A stretch of 64,000 bases of DNA from NCBI GenBank assembly GCA_947466965.1, contig CANIFU010000007.1, positions 2,249 through 66,248 on the forward strand. Reading direction: 5' to 3'. This document shows, in pieces, positions 52,634-62,762 of this stretch; position 1 is the first letter of the stretch, and each line of letters opens with the position of its first letter. This stretch comes from Bacteroidota bacterium (GTDB lineage: Bacteria > Bacteroidota > Bacteroidia > 2-12-FULL-35-15). The notes beneath the pieces are model-generated. The model was not told the origin of the DNA and made no database searches. It worked only from the letters and a program-made list of their open reading frames with translations. A program made the position numbers and the translations under genes.

Positions 52634-53446
52634 TTAAAGTTCTTTTATTAATTCTTTCATGATGACCGTCATTTTTTTCTCTGCTAATGCGGCAACTTGT
52701 TGAACCTCTTCATGCGTTACTTCAACGATTTTCCCGGGAACACCAAGATCTGTAATGATAGACATTGCGAAGCAAGGCAAATCCATATGACGTGCAACAA
52801 TTACTTCAGGCACGGTACTCATACCCACGGCATCGGCACCCAATACTCTCACCATATTATATTCAGCAGGTGTTTCAAATGTTGGTCCAGATAACCCTAA
52901 ATAAACGCCTTCTTGAACTTTTATATTATTTACAGCAGCTACTTTTTTTGCTTTCGCGATGATTGTTTTGCTGTATGCTTCGCTCATGTCGGGGAAGCGA
53001 GGACCCAATTCTTTACTATTTTTTCCGATCAGGGGATTGGATGGAAAAAAGTTAATGTGATCGTTGATGATCATCAAATCACCAATTTCAAAATCAGGAT
53101 TAACACCACCGGAAGCATTGGAAACAAATAGGTTTTTTACTCCGATGAACTTCATAACACGCACAGGAAATGTGACCTGCTGCAAAGTATATCCTTCATA
53201 ATAATGAAAGCGGCCTTGCATCGCTACTACATTTTTCCCTCCTAATTCTCCGAAAATTAGTTTTCCTGAATGACCTTCTACGGTTGAAACAGGGAAGTTC
53301 GGGATATCTTCATACGATATGGTATGTTTGATGTTGATCTCCTGAACGAGACCACCAAGTCCAGTGCCTAAAATAATTCCAACTTCGGGTGTCATTGAAA
53401 TTTTACTTTGTATGTACGCTGCTGTGCTTTTGATTTGTTCTAACAT
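52634..53446 (-). CDS. purine nucleoside phosphorylase (PNP family I, punA-type)
   Basis: IGIILGTGLG...GHSGKLIFGELGGKNVVAMQGRFHYYEGY... motifs of trimeric PNP. Confidence 0.9.
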   Translation of the reverse strand: MLEQIKSTAAYIQSKISMTPEVGIILGTGLGGLVQEINIKHTISYEDIPNFPVSTVEGHSGKLIFGELGGKNVVAMQGRFHYYEGYTLQQVTFPVRVMKFIGVKNLFVSNASGGVNPDFEIGDLMIINDHINFFPSNPLIGKNSKELGPRFPDMSEAYSKTIIAKAKKVAAVNNIKVQEGVYLGLSGPTFETPAEYNMVRVLGADAVGMSTVPEVIVARHMDLPCFAMSIITDLGVPGKIVEVTHEEVQQVAALAEKKMTVIMKELIKEL

Positions 53447-54578
53447 AATTAACTATTTGTTTGTTAAATTCGTTTTTGTCTTTATTGTGAAAATCAATTT
53501 CTATCGGGATGTAAAAAAGTGGAAGGTTTTTTAATGCTTCGCTATACTCCACGCTTTTTAGGCGCATCGCATCTTTTTCAGTCGTCAATATTATTTTATT
53601 TGCAGTTGCAATGTTATTAAATATTTTCCGAATATTTTCAATGTCGCTACTTGTAAAGTGATGGTGGTCATTATATTTGATTGGAGTGATGTTTTTTACT
53701 TTATCTTTTAAATAGTATTCCAATGGTTTTGTATTGGCGATGCCTGTTAGTAAAGCAATCGAGAAGCCTCTTTCAAAATAGTAATCTTTAGCCAAGGGGT
53801 TTGACCCTTCGCCATTCAAACGAATGAAATCACCATATTTAATGTAGGAGAAGTATACGCGCTGGTTGGCATTCGGATTTATTTCTGTCAGCAATCGTTT
53901 GCGCTCAATGGGTAATAATATGTCGGGGCATTTGGTTACAATAATTATATCAGCCCGTTTAATACCGGATTTAAATTCTCGCAAATTTCCGGTCGGCAAA
54001 ATCTGATCGTTTGTATAGAGTTTGCTAAAATCGCTGAGGACAATGTTTAGTCCGGGATTAACCGCTCTGTGCTGAAAAGCATCATCCAATAGAATCGTTT
54101 GAAGGGAAGGAAATTCATGCAGCAGCTCTTGAATGCCACGAACTCTTTTCCCATCTACAGCAACTCTCAATCCACTGAATTTTTTTTTGAATTGAAGCGG
54201 TTCATCACCGATATCGCTTGCAGAAGATTGTGTATCTGCTAGAATGAATCCTTTCGTTTTTCTACCATATCCTCTGCTAAGTGTAGCAATGTAGAATTCC
54301 TGTTTTAATAATCGGATAAGGTATTCGATGTGTGGCGTTTTTCCTGTTCCTCCAACACTTAAGTTTCCTATCGAGATAGTAGGGATATCAAATTTTTTTG
54401 AAGAAAACATTTTCCAGTCGTACAGTTTGTTTCGAACAAAAACAATACAGCCATATAAAATGGAGATGGGGAATAATATGATTCGCAAAAACTTCACAGC
54501 CCTAAAATACGAAATGAATGTGACAATTTGGAAATTTGCTAATTTGAAAATGTAAAAGAAAATATCTGATGATTGCAC
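53403..54578 (-). CDS. lpxK: tetraacyldisaccharide 4'-kinase
   Basis: N-terminal membrane helix, then the P-loop IGNLSVGGTGKTPHIEYLIRLL. The exact start is uncertain, as the LpxK-homologous region begins near LRIILFPIS. The 3' end overlaps the PNP gene by 44 bp. Confidence 0.85.
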   Translation of the reverse strand: MQSSDIFFYIFKLANFQIVTFISYFRAVKFLRIILFPISILYGCIVFVRNKLYDWKMFSSKKFDIPTISIGNLSVGGTGKTPHIEYLIRLLKQEFYIATLSRGYGRKTKGFILADTQSSASDIGDEPLQFKKKFSGLRVAVDGKRVRGIQELLHEFPSLQTILLDDAFQHRAVNPGLNIVLSDFSKLYTNDQILPTGNLREFKSGIKRADIIIVTKCPDILLPIERKRLLTEINPNANQRVYFSYIKYGDFIRLNGEGSNPLAKDYYFERGFSIALLTGIANTKPLEYYLKDKVKNITPIKYNDHHHFTSSDIENIRKIFNNIATANKIILTTEKDAMRLKSVEYSEALKNLPLFYIPIEIDFHNKDKNEFNKQIVNYVRTNQKHSSVHTK

Positions 54579-54594
54579 CTTCTATATCAATCAG

Positions 54595-54630
54595 ATTCGT
54601 AAATTCGTGAAAATTCGTAATTCGCACCGT
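54595..54630. repeat. cluster of four ATTCG(T) direct repeats in the lpxK/nif3 divergent promoter region
   Basis: ATTCGTAAATTCGTGAAAATTCGTAATTCGCACCGTAATG, ending at the Nif3 start codon. Confidence 0.6.
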
Positions 54631-54631
54631 A

Positions 54632-55726
54632 ATGAAATTAAGAGAAATAACTAACTATTTAGAATCCATTGCTCCATTGGCCTATCAGGAAAGTTATGAC
54701 AATTCGGGATTGATTTGTGGTCACCACGATATGGAAATTACGGGCGCCGTAATTTGTCTGGACAGCACCGAAGCAGTAATTGAAGAAGCAATCGCAAATA
54801 AATGCAATCTTGTGATTGCCCATCACCCGATCATATTTTCCGGAATAAAAAAATTCAATGGAAAAAATTATGTGGAGCGTGTCATTATAAAAGCGATCCA
54901 AAATAATATTGCCATTTATGCAGCGCATACTAATTTAGATAATGTAGCAAAGGGCGTCAATTCAAAAATTGCTGAAAAAATTGGCTTACAAAATTGCCGC
55001 ATTCTTGCCCCGATGCAAAATACACTAAAAAAAATAGTTACTTATTGTCCAGAACAACAAGCGGCTGCATTAAGAAGTGCATTGTTTGCGGCTGGTGGAG
55101 GTGCTATTGGAAATTATAATGAATGTAGTTTTAACACTTCTGGTTTGGGAACATTTAAAGCAGGTGAAAATACAAACCCTTTTGTTGGCGAAAAAGGGAA
55201 GTTACACCAGGAAAAGGAAACAAAGATAGAGATAATTTATTCCGCCCCTATTGAGTCACGTTTGCTGAAAGCCTTATTTGCAGCCCATCCTTATGAAGAG
55301 GTGGCCTATGAAACATTCCCGTTGGATAATATAAATAATTCAATAGGGGCAGGAATGATAGGCGAACTTCCGTCAGAAATGGAAGAAACTGCTTTTTTAA
55401 ATTTCCTGAAACAAACGATGAAAACAGAAATGATTCGTTATACTTCCTTAAGATGTAAAAAAATAAAGACTGTTGGAGTTTGTGGCGGCTCCGGAAGTTT
55501 TTTGCTGAATAATGCGATTGCAGCTGGAGCAGATGTTTTTGTGACCGGAGATTTTAAATACCATCAGTTCTTTGATGCTGAAAATCAGATTGTTATTGCT
55601 GATATCGGGCATTATGAGAGTGAACAATTCACTATGGAATTATTTTATGATATATTAAGTGAAAAATTTAGTACATTTGCACTCCATTTGTCAAAAATCA
55701 ATACAAATCCAATAAACTATTTATAA
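54632..55726 (+). CDS. Nif3-like dinuclear-metal-centre protein (YqfO/GTP cyclohydrolase 1 type 2 family)
   Basis: LAYQESYDNSGL...AHHPIIF N-terminal motifs and a second conserved half at the C-terminus. Confidence 0.85.
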   Translation: MKLREITNYLESIAPLAYQESYDNSGLICGHHDMEITGAVICLDSTEAVIEEAIANKCNLVIAHHPIIFSGIKKFNGKNYVERVIIKAIQNNIAIYAAHTNLDNVAKGVNSKIAEKIGLQNCRILAPMQNTLKKIVTYCPEQQAAALRSALFAAGGGAIGNYNECSFNTSGLGTFKAGENTNPFVGEKGKLHQEKETKIEIIYSAPIESRLLKALFAAHPYEEVAYETFPLDNINNSIGAGMIGELPSEMEETAFLNFLKQTMKTEMIRYTSLRCKKIKTVGVCGGSGSFLLNNAIAAGADVFVTGDFKYHQFFDAENQIVIADIGHYESEQFTMELFYDILSEKFSTFALHLSKINTNPINYL

Positions 55727-55728
55727 AA

Positions 55729-56493
55729 ATGGCAAAAACTAAAACTGACGAAATTTCTGTAGAGGAAAAGTTAAAAGCCTTGTTTGAATTACAACAGGTA
55801 GATTCAAAGATCGATAAAATCAGAACTGTTAGAGGTGAATTGCCTTTGGAAGTTAGAGATTTGGAAGATTTAGTTGCTGGTTTAGAAACCCGTATAACTA
55901 ACTATTCAGAAGAGTTAAAAAAATTAGAGGAGTCTATCACAGAAAAGAAAAATGTGATTAAAGATGCTCAAGCTTTAATTAAAAAATACGAAACCCAACA
56001 AGGTAAGGTTCGCAATAATCGTGAATACGATGCAATCACTAAGGAAATTGAATTCCAGAATTTAGAGATTCAGCTTGCTGAAAAACGTATCAAAGAATAC
56101 AAAGCCAATATTCTTGCTAAGAAAGAAGTGATTGATGCTTCTGAAGAAGATTTTAAAGACAGACAAAAAGATCTTAAAATCAAAAAGAAAGAATTAGATG
56201 ACATTGTTGCAGAAACTGAAAAGGAAGAAGCAACATTGATAAAAAAATCAAAAACTTCTGAAGCCATCATTGAAGAACGTTTGTTGAATGCTTATAAACG
56301 TTTGCGTTCAAATGTAGTTAATGGCTTGGGTGTTGTTACTGTTGAGCGCGATGCATGTGGTGGATGCTTTAATAAGATTCCGCCTCAACGTCATTTGGAT
56401 ATTAAAATGCACAAGAAAGTAATAGTATGTGAGCATTGTGGAAGAATATTAGTTGATGCTGATATTCTTACAGGAAAAGCTGAAAGAGTATAA
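55729..56493 (+). CDS. zinc-ribbon coiled-coil protein (COG1579-type), conserved partner of Nif3
   Basis: Long coiled-coil followed by CGGCFNKIPP...VIVCEHCGRIL C4 zinc ribbon. Start is 2 bp after the Nif3 stop. Confidence 0.8.
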   Translation: MAKTKTDEISVEEKLKALFELQQVDSKIDKIRTVRGELPLEVRDLEDLVAGLETRITNYSEELKKLEESITEKKNVIKDAQALIKKYETQQGKVRNNREYDAITKEIEFQNLEIQLAEKRIKEYKANILAKKEVIDASEEDFKDRQKDLKIKKKELDDIVAETEKEEATLIKKSKTSEAIIEERLLNAYKRLRSNVVNGLGVVTVERDACGGCFNKIPPQRHLDIKMHKKVIVCEHCGRILVDADILTGKAERV

Positions 56494-56513
56494 TTGCTCA
56501 ACCGAATCATTTA

Positions 56514-56550
56514 AAAAGCCCTTCGTAAAAATTACGAAGGGCTTTTTAAG
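56514..56550 (+). terminator. rho-independent terminator
   Basis: AAAAGCCCTTCGTAAAAATTACGAAGGGCTTTTTAAG. Confidence 0.85.
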
Positions 56551-56621
56551 TTATTTTAAATATTTTAGAAATTAATTTATTTTCATATATTCACGTGTAA
56601 CTATTTTAACTCTCATTTCAT

Positions 56622-58223
56622 ATGAAAATTAAATTCTTCTTCTATTCTTCTATACTATGTATAGCCATCGCAATACTTGGTTTTTTTTATCCGAAAGTAT
56701 TATGGTCTTTTTTGCTTGTTGCTCCAATTGTTCTATTGGGAATTAAAGATGTACTCCAAACAAAACATAGTTTGAAACACAATTTTCCAATTATCGGACG
56801 CCTGCGTTGGTGGGCCGAATGGATGCGACCAAAGGTGTATCAATATTTTGTTGAATCGGATACTGACGGCGCTCCATATAATCGTTTGAGTAGAAATGTT
56901 ATTTATCAGCGTTCAAAAAAAGTATCAGACTCAACTCCTTTTGGAACGCAATTAAATGTTTATGAAGTAGGTTATGAATGGTTGAATCATTCCATTGCGC
57001 CACTGCCTTTAGAGAAAGGAGAGCAAAATCCGAGAGTTATTGTTGGTGGACCCAATTGCAAACAACCTTATTCTGCCAGCATCTTTAATATATCTGCATT
57101 GAGTTTTGGTTCTTTGAGTAAGAATGCAATTATGGCATTGAATAGTGGTGCAAAACTTGGTGAATTTGCCCATAATACAGGTGAAGGAGGCTTGAGCCCA
57201 TATCATTTAGCTCTAGGTGGTGATATTATCTGGCAAATTGGAACTGGCTATTTCGGTTGCAGAAATGTGGATGGTACTTTTAATCCCACTGCTTTTGCTG
57301 AACGCGCTGTTTTACCGAATGTAAAAATGATAGAGATAAAATTATCTCAAGGAGCAAAACCAGGACACGGAGGAATTCTTCCTGCTGCTAAGGTTACTGA
57401 AGAAATTGCAAAAATTCGTTTAGTTGAAAAAGGCAAGGAAGTTTTATCTCCTTCTTATCATAAAGCATTTGGTACACCTATAGAATTACTTGCTTTTATT
57501 AAACAATTACAAGATTTAAGCGGAGGTAAACCTGTTGGTTTTAAATTGTGTATCGGACAAAAAAGTCAGTTTATCGCTATTTGTAAAGCAATCGTGAAAA
57601 CCAATATTATCCCCGATTTTATTACTGTTGATGGAGGTGAAGGTGGAACAGGGGCTGCTCCTTTGGAGTTTAGTAATTCGGTGGGAATGCCTTTGAGAGA
57701 AGGCTTGGCTTTTGTTTATGATGCATTGAATGGCTTTGGATTAAAAAAACATATTAAAATTATTGCTTCCGGAAAAGTGCATACGGGATTTGATTTAGTG
57801 AAAAACTTTTCGCTGGGCGCAGATATGTGCAGTGGCGCAAGATCAATGATGATGGCTTTGGGTTGTATTCAAGCATTAGAGTGCAATTCCAATACTTGTC
57901 CTACGGGAGTGGCTACTCAAAATCCGAATTTATACAATGGGTTAAACGTTGATCATAAAAAAGTTCGTGTATTTAACTATCACCATGAAACGGTTAAAGC
58001 AGCAATAGAATTAATGTCGGCAGCTGGAATTGAACATCCTAATAATTTACATCGATCGCACATATACAGAAGAGTGAGCGCCAATAAAATTCAAACGTAT
58101 GCCGAGATGTATCCTTATTTATTAAAAGGATCTTTGTTGGAATCACCTTATCCAGAAGGCTGGGAATTTGATGTTATGCATAGCAGTGAAGAAACATTTA
58201 CTAATAGTTTGAAATATTCCTAA
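56622..58223 (+). CDS. FMN-binding glutamate-synthase-family protein (GltS FMN/Fe-S domain-like)
   Basis: Two N-terminal TM helices, then a GltS-type TIM-barrel region (HNTGEGGLSPYH...GGEGGTGAAP...CNSNTCPTGVATQ). Confidence 0.75.
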   Translation: MKIKFFFYSSILCIAIAILGFFYPKVLWSFLLVAPIVLLGIKDVLQTKHSLKHNFPIIGRLRWWAEWMRPKVYQYFVESDTDGAPYNRLSRNVIYQRSKKVSDSTPFGTQLNVYEVGYEWLNHSIAPLPLEKGEQNPRVIVGGPNCKQPYSASIFNISALSFGSLSKNAIMALNSGAKLGEFAHNTGEGGLSPYHLALGGDIIWQIGTGYFGCRNVDGTFNPTAFAERAVLPNVKMIEIKLSQGAKPGHGGILPAAKVTEEIAKIRLVEKGKEVLSPSYHKAFGTPIELLAFIKQLQDLSGGKPVGFKLCIGQKSQFIAICKAIVKTNIIPDFITVDGGEGGTGAAPLEFSNSVGMPLREGLAFVYDALNGFGLKKHIKIIASGKVHTGFDLVKNFSLGADMCSGARSMMMALGCIQALECNSNTCPTGVATQNPNLYNGLNVDHKKVRVFNYHHETVKAAIELMSAAGIEHPNNLHRSHIYRRVSANKIQTYAEMYPYLLKGSLLESPYPEGWEFDVMHSSEETFTNSLKYS

Positions 58224-58242
58224 AAAATAAATGCACAAATAT

Positions 58243-58275
58243 CCCTTCTTAAAATTTACGAAGGGCTTTTTATTA
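58243..58275. terminator. rho-independent terminator between convergent genes
   Basis: CCCTTCTTAAAATTTACGAAGGGCTTTTTATT shares the TTACGAAGGGCTTTTTA core with the terminator at 56514..56550. Confidence 0.7.
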
Positions 58276-58298
58276 GAATCTAAATAGGGCAGTTGAAA

Positions 58299-59744
58299 TT
58301 AGAATCTTAATCCGAGTGATAACATAAAACTTGAATTCTTGTATTTGTTTTCTACCGCAGTTGCTTTCGGGGAATCATACAGATAATTATACTCGGTATA
58401 TTTTGTGAAGACGTATGCAAAGTCAATGAAGTACTTGTCCGCACGATACCCGATACCACCAGTATAACTTGTACGGTTAGCATTTTTGTTTTCATTGCTG
58501 CTAAACGGACTGCCATATAAAGCATATCCCAAGCGAATTGCAATTGGATCTAAACGGACTTCAGATCCAATACGGAGATTTCCTGTAGACGTATATTTTG
58601 ATAGGATAGTGCTGTTTACGTCGCTGAATACATTCGGACTCGAATGCAATTGAGCATAGGTATAGTCAACATATTCATACTCGACATTTAATAAGGCCAA
58701 TTTTTTTATGATAAAGCCAATGCTGCCGATGGCACGGAAAGGTGTTGTAATGGTGTAGGGCTCAAATAATCCTTGCGGAGAGATGGTGTCATACGTAATG
58801 CCGTTTTCCAGATCTGATTTCATTGAATTGTTGTAATCATCTCTCAACCTCAAAGAGGTTGGCGTATGGAAAGCGGCGCCAATTCTAACCCAGTCGTTCG
58901 GGCGGAAGATAGCGCCCAATTTTAGATTTACACCATTTCCTTTTGTAGTTAAATTTTGGGAAAAAGAAAACGATTTGAAGTCAGGGATTGTATCGGTTTC
59001 ATCAATTTCTTCATAGGTAGACTCTTCATGATATTTTGCTTTCACAAATCCGATGGTGCCACCTAAATACAATTTACTTTTATAATTTCCACCAAAGCTA
59101 ATTACCGTTTCACCCATTGCTCCAGTTGTCTCCACCACTTTTCTTTGTTTGATTCCATAGTGCTGTATCACATGGTTATAATTACCTAAAGTATCCGGAT
59201 TGATCAGATAGGTTTGATAAGCCAGATCGGTAGAAAACAGGTCGAAGCTGGAAGGGGGATTTCCATTTGCGTTTGCAACAAAAACATCCAACAGTGAACT
59301 CGTTTTATTGTCAGCCTGGATATCCATTCTGTTGTGGAAATTATTTGTTCGGTTGTAACCGAATCCGAAATTAATATTTTCCCAACCTGTTGTATTTGAT
59401 TCTTTAATGAGGTTGATACTTGCTACCAATCCGATGTTTCCTAAATTAAAATTAAGTTTACTATCGCTCGATGTATTTGAGTTGTATGTGGAAGAAGTGG
59501 TTTGTGAAAAAATAGAAGGAGTGATAGAGATCTCCGTTTTTTTGAATATTGCTAGGCCAGCCGGATTAAAGCTAAGCGTTGATATGTCGCCACCAAGAGC
59601 TCCCATTGAGCCCGCCATAGAAGCGAAACGGGCAGTTCCTCCAAATGTAATCTGTGAGTAACGCATTGCGTCAATATCATTTTGTGCTTGTAAATGCCAT
59701 GCACATAACAAGGCCATGCCGGTGATCAGAATTTGTTTTTTCAT
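58299..59744 (-). CDS. outer-membrane beta-barrel protein, FadL/OmpP1/PorV-like
   Basis: Signal peptide (MKKQILITGMALLCAWHLQAQ). N-terminal FNPAGLA hatch-like motif, a long beta-rich body and a C-terminal ...LGLRF. Confidence 0.55.
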   Translation of the reverse strand: MKKQILITGMALLCAWHLQAQNDIDAMRYSQITFGGTARFASMAGSMGALGGDISTLSFNPAGLAIFKKTEISITPSIFSQTTSSTYNSNTSSDSKLNFNLGNIGLVASINLIKESNTTGWENINFGFGYNRTNNFHNRMDIQADNKTSSLLDVFVANANGNPPSSFDLFSTDLAYQTYLINPDTLGNYNHVIQHYGIKQRKVVETTGAMGETVISFGGNYKSKLYLGGTIGFVKAKYHEESTYEEIDETDTIPDFKSFSFSQNLTTKGNGVNLKLGAIFRPNDWVRIGAAFHTPTSLRLRDDYNNSMKSDLENGITYDTISPQGLFEPYTITTPFRAIGSIGFIIKKLALLNVEYEYVDYTYAQLHSSPNVFSDVNSTILSKYTSTGNLRIGSEVRLDPIAIRLGYALYGSPFSSNENKNANRTSYTGGIGYRADKYFIDFAYVFTKYTEYNYLYDSPKATAVENKYKNSSFMLSLGLRF

Positions 59745-59826
59745 GTGACTGTTTTTTAAATTTCGAATCGCGTTTTCCATTTTCACATGGTGTGTATGTG
59801 AAAATGGAAAAGCGATTTAGAAAAAT

Positions 59827-61137
59827 TTACCTTCTTGGAGGTTTTGAACTTGCCGGTGTATTGTTGGGGGTTCCTCTGCTGGGGCTAGAAGAATTATTTC
59901 TTGGAGCATCATTTTGAGGCCTTTCGAATTTAGGTTGTTCAACCGGTTTTTGTCTGTCGTTATGATATACCGGATTTTCCTTGATCACCGGATTCTCCTT
60001 GTATACCGGTCTGTCGTTGTAAACGGGTTTCTCTTTATAAACCGGATTCTCTTTATAAACCGGATTTTCTTTATTAGCAGGCGTCTCTCTATAAGTTGGT
60101 TTTTCCTTATAAGCAGGATTGTCTGTTGATACAGGTCTGTTGTTATCTGGTTTGTAAGCAGGATTAACCGGGCCGGCAGGTTTTGAGTTGTCATTTCTGT
60201 TATCCGCAGGTTTATAAACAGATGCAGCAGAAGAGCTGGTATATACTGGTTTGATGCGTCCGTAATCATCTTTCGTCCAGTTTTCCGGATTGGCTTTTGC
60301 TTGTGTTTCAATCTCGGTCATCATGTGGCTTGCAAGAGAGGGTTGAGCAGTTACTCTGCCGTTTGAACCTGTCGTTCCGCGTGGTCCGTAGTAATAACTG
60401 TTATTGTCATAGCTATTGAAATAATTGTTGTTGTTTAAGCCACTGTAATATCCGTCCCAATATCCATTGTTGTAACCATTCATGTATGGATTATATCCGT
60501 ATCCGTAATTTCCATAGGGGTTGTATCCATAACTATATCCATAAGGGTTGTAACCGTATCCGTATGGATTATACCAAGGGTCGTATCCCCAACCCTGATT
60601 GCCATACCAGTAATAACTTGGGTTGTATGAATAGGTACTGTAACTTGGCCCCCAGAAATTGTAGCCCATGTAAACGCTTGTTCCGTAATTGTAGGGATCA
60701 CCTGTATACCAATAGGAGTTGGTATAATAGTTATCGTAGTAACCATAACTGCCACAGTTGTTGTGAAAACGTCTTAATCGGACAGAATAAGCGTCATCAT
60801 AATAATCGTCGTAGTTGAATGGTGTATTGTCGTTGTAATTATTGGTTGTGTTGTTAATGGTGGTTGTTCCATTATCTGATGGAGTGTAGTAGTCATCAGC
60901 TGGAGCGTCGCTGCTGCGTTTTGTATTCTGTGCAGCCAGTGCCGCCTCGTCCGCCTGCTTTTTTGCCTCTTCTTTTGCAAGGGCATCTTCTAGTTTACGT
61001 TTTTCCTTATCCGCTGCTTTGTCTTTTGATGAATAATAAATATCATCGCTATAAGTTTTTGATTGAGCTCCCTCCGGTGCTTTGCAGGCAGTAAACGCTA
61101 ATAAAAAGAAAGTCAGAATACTTAGAAAGGTTTTCAT
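59827..61137 (-). CDS. low-complexity lipoprotein (Tyr/Gly/Asn-rich core, hexapeptide xPVYKE repeat tail); paralog of 25033..26229
   Basis: Lipobox LLAFTACKA. Shares INNTTNNYN and NPAYKEK motifs with the 25033 gene. Has YGYNPYGY-type aromatic repeats and a C-terminal array of at least 7 NPVYKE-like hexapeptides. Confidence 0.7.
   Translation of the reverse strand: MKTFLSILTFFLLAFTACKAPEGAQSKTYSDDIYYSSKDKAADKEKRKLEDALAKEEAKKQADEAALAAQNTKRSSDAPADDYYTPSDNGTTTINNTTNNYNDNTPFNYDDYYDDAYSVRLRRFHNNCGSYGYYDNYYTNSYWYTGDPYNYGTSVYMGYNFWGPSYSTYSYNPSYYWYGNQGWGYDPWYNPYGYGYNPYGYSYGYNPYGNYGYGYNPYMNGYNNGYWDGYYSGLNNNNYFNSYDNNSYYYGPRGTTGSNGRVTAQPSLASHMMTEIETQAKANPENWTKDDYGRIKPVYTSSSAASVYKPADNRNDNSKPAGPVNPAYKPDNNRPVSTDNPAYKEKPTYRETPANKENPVYKENPVYKEKPVYNDRPVYKENPVIKENPVYHNDRQKPVEQPKFERPQNDAPRNNSSSPSRGTPNNTPASSKPPRR
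59970..60113. repeat. tandem 18-bp repeat array (CCGGATTCTCTTTATAAA-like units), coding for hexapeptide repeats on the minus strand
   Basis: Units at 59970, 59988, 60006, 60024, 60042 and 60060; neighbouring copies 60024..60041 and 60042..60059 differ at 4 of 18 positions. Confidence 0.85.
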
Positions 61138-61268
61138 TTTATACTTTAAATTGATGAAGGGGGATGATTTTTAAATCTTTTAAAATCGACAAAAGGTTTA
61201 ATTTTCTATTTTTACGATTCCTAAAGTCAATTATAAAATTACAAATACTATACCACAAAAAAAAGATT

Positions 61269-62741
61269 ATGAGCAAGGAGTTATCAACGAGAGAAGGAAA
61301 TTATTCTGAATGGTACAACGAATTAGTTGTCAAAGCAGATTTAGCAGAACATTCTGCTGTAAAAGGCTGCATGGTCATTAAGCCTTATGGCTATGCTATT
61401 TGGGAAAAGATGCAGCAGGCATTGGATAAAATGTTCAAAGATACAGACCATGTCAACGCGTATTTCCCCTTGTTCATACCCAAATCTTTTTTTAGCAAAG
61501 AAGCGAGTCATGTTGATGGATTTGCAAAAGAATGTGCCGTTGTGACACATTACCGTTTGAAAACGGCTCCTGATGGAAGTGTTGTGGTAGATGAAACAGC
61601 AAAGTTAGATGAAGAATTAATTGTTCGTCCGACCTCCGAAACCATCATCTGGAATACATACCGAGGCTGGATTCAATCGTACCGCGATTTACCTATATTG
61701 GTAAATCAATGGGCGAATGTGGTACGTTGGGAGATGCGGACACGTTTATTTTTGAGAACAACAGAATTTCTGTGGCAGGAAGGACATACCGCACATGCAA
61801 CATCAGCGGAAGCAGTAATTGAAACAGAAAAAATGCTGGGGATCTATGCAGAATTTGCAGAAAAGTGGATGGCGATGCCGGTGATAAAAGGAATTAAGAC
61901 AGCAAACGAACGCTTCGCAGGTGCGGTTGAAACCTATTGTATTGAGGCATTGATGCAAGATGGGAAAGCGTTGCAGGCAGGAACATCTCATTTCTTGGGA
62001 CAAAATTTCGCGAAAGCATTTGATGTAAAATTTGCAACAAAAGAAGGAACGCAGGAACACGTTTGGGCAACATCATGGGGGGTTTCAACCCGTTTAATGG
62101 GAGCTTTAGTGATGTCGCATTCGGATGACAAAGGTTTGGTTTTGCCTCCTAAATTAGCGCCATTTCAAGTAGTAATTGTTCCGATTTATAAAGGAGAAGA
62201 GCAATTGGCACAGATAAATGAAGTGGTTGCAAAGATGAAAAAAGCAATGGAAGCCAAAGGGATTACTGTGAAATACGATAACAGAGATACACAGCGTCCA
62301 GGTTGGAAATTTGCGGAATATGAATTAAAAGGAGTGCCTGTTCGAATAGCAATCGGAGGACGGGATCTGGAGAACGGAACCGTTGAGGTGGCGAGGAGGG
62401 ATACAATGGAAAAGGAAACGCTGCAGCAAGCCGACATTGAAAACAAGATCGAACATTTGTTGGAGCAAATTCAAGAAAATCTGTACCAGAAAGCAAAAGC
62501 AATGAATGATGCTAAAACTTATTCAGCCGATACGTACGAAGAATTTAAAAAGATTCTGGAAGAAACACCCGGTTTTATTATGGCACATTGGGACGGAACA
62601 CCGGAGAGCGAGCAAAAGATAAAAGAAGAGACCAAAGCGACCATCCGTTGCATCCCAATAGGTAATAAGCAGGAGCAGGGCTTGTGTATTTATAGTGGGA
62701 AGCCATCCACACAGCGGGTGGTATTTGCAAGGGCATATTAA
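61269..62741 (+). CDS. proS: proline--tRNA ligase (archaeal/eukaryotic-type class II ProRS)
   Basis: [27 protein letters not shown]... characteristic N-terminus, class II motifs and a C-terminal zinc-binding tail (CIPIG...C). The listed 61164 start is an AT-rich extension. Confidence 0.9.
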   Translation: MSKELSTREGNYSEWYNELVVKADLAEHSAVKGCMVIKPYGYAIWEKMQQALDKMFKDTDHVNAYFPLFIPKSFFSKEASHVDGFAKECAVVTHYRLKTAPDGSVVVDETAKLDEELIVRPTSETIIWNTYRGWIQSYRDLPILVNQWANVVRWEMRTRLFLRTTEFLWQEGHTAHATSAEAVIETEKMLGIYAEFAEKWMAMPVIKGIKTANERFAGAVETYCIEALMQDGKALQAGTSHFLGQNFAKAFDVKFATKEGTQEHVWATSWGVSTRLMGALVMSHSDDKGLVLPPKLAPFQVVIVPIYKGEEQLAQINEVVAKMKKAMEAKGITVKYDNRDTQRPGWKFAEYELKGVPVRIAIGGRDLENGTVEVARRDTMEKETLQQADIENKIEHLLEQIQENLYQKAKAMNDAKTYSADTYEEFKKILEETPGFIMAHWDGTPESEQKIKEETKATIRCIPIGNKQEQGLCIYSGKPSTQRVVFARAY

Positions 62742-62762
62742 GCGAACAAATTCATTGAAAAA

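Noticed and set aside
59970-60113. Tandem direct repeats considered as a possible CRISPR array
   Set aside because: The units are 18 bp, contiguous without spacers, and sit in-frame inside a coding sequence. There are no cas genes nearby.
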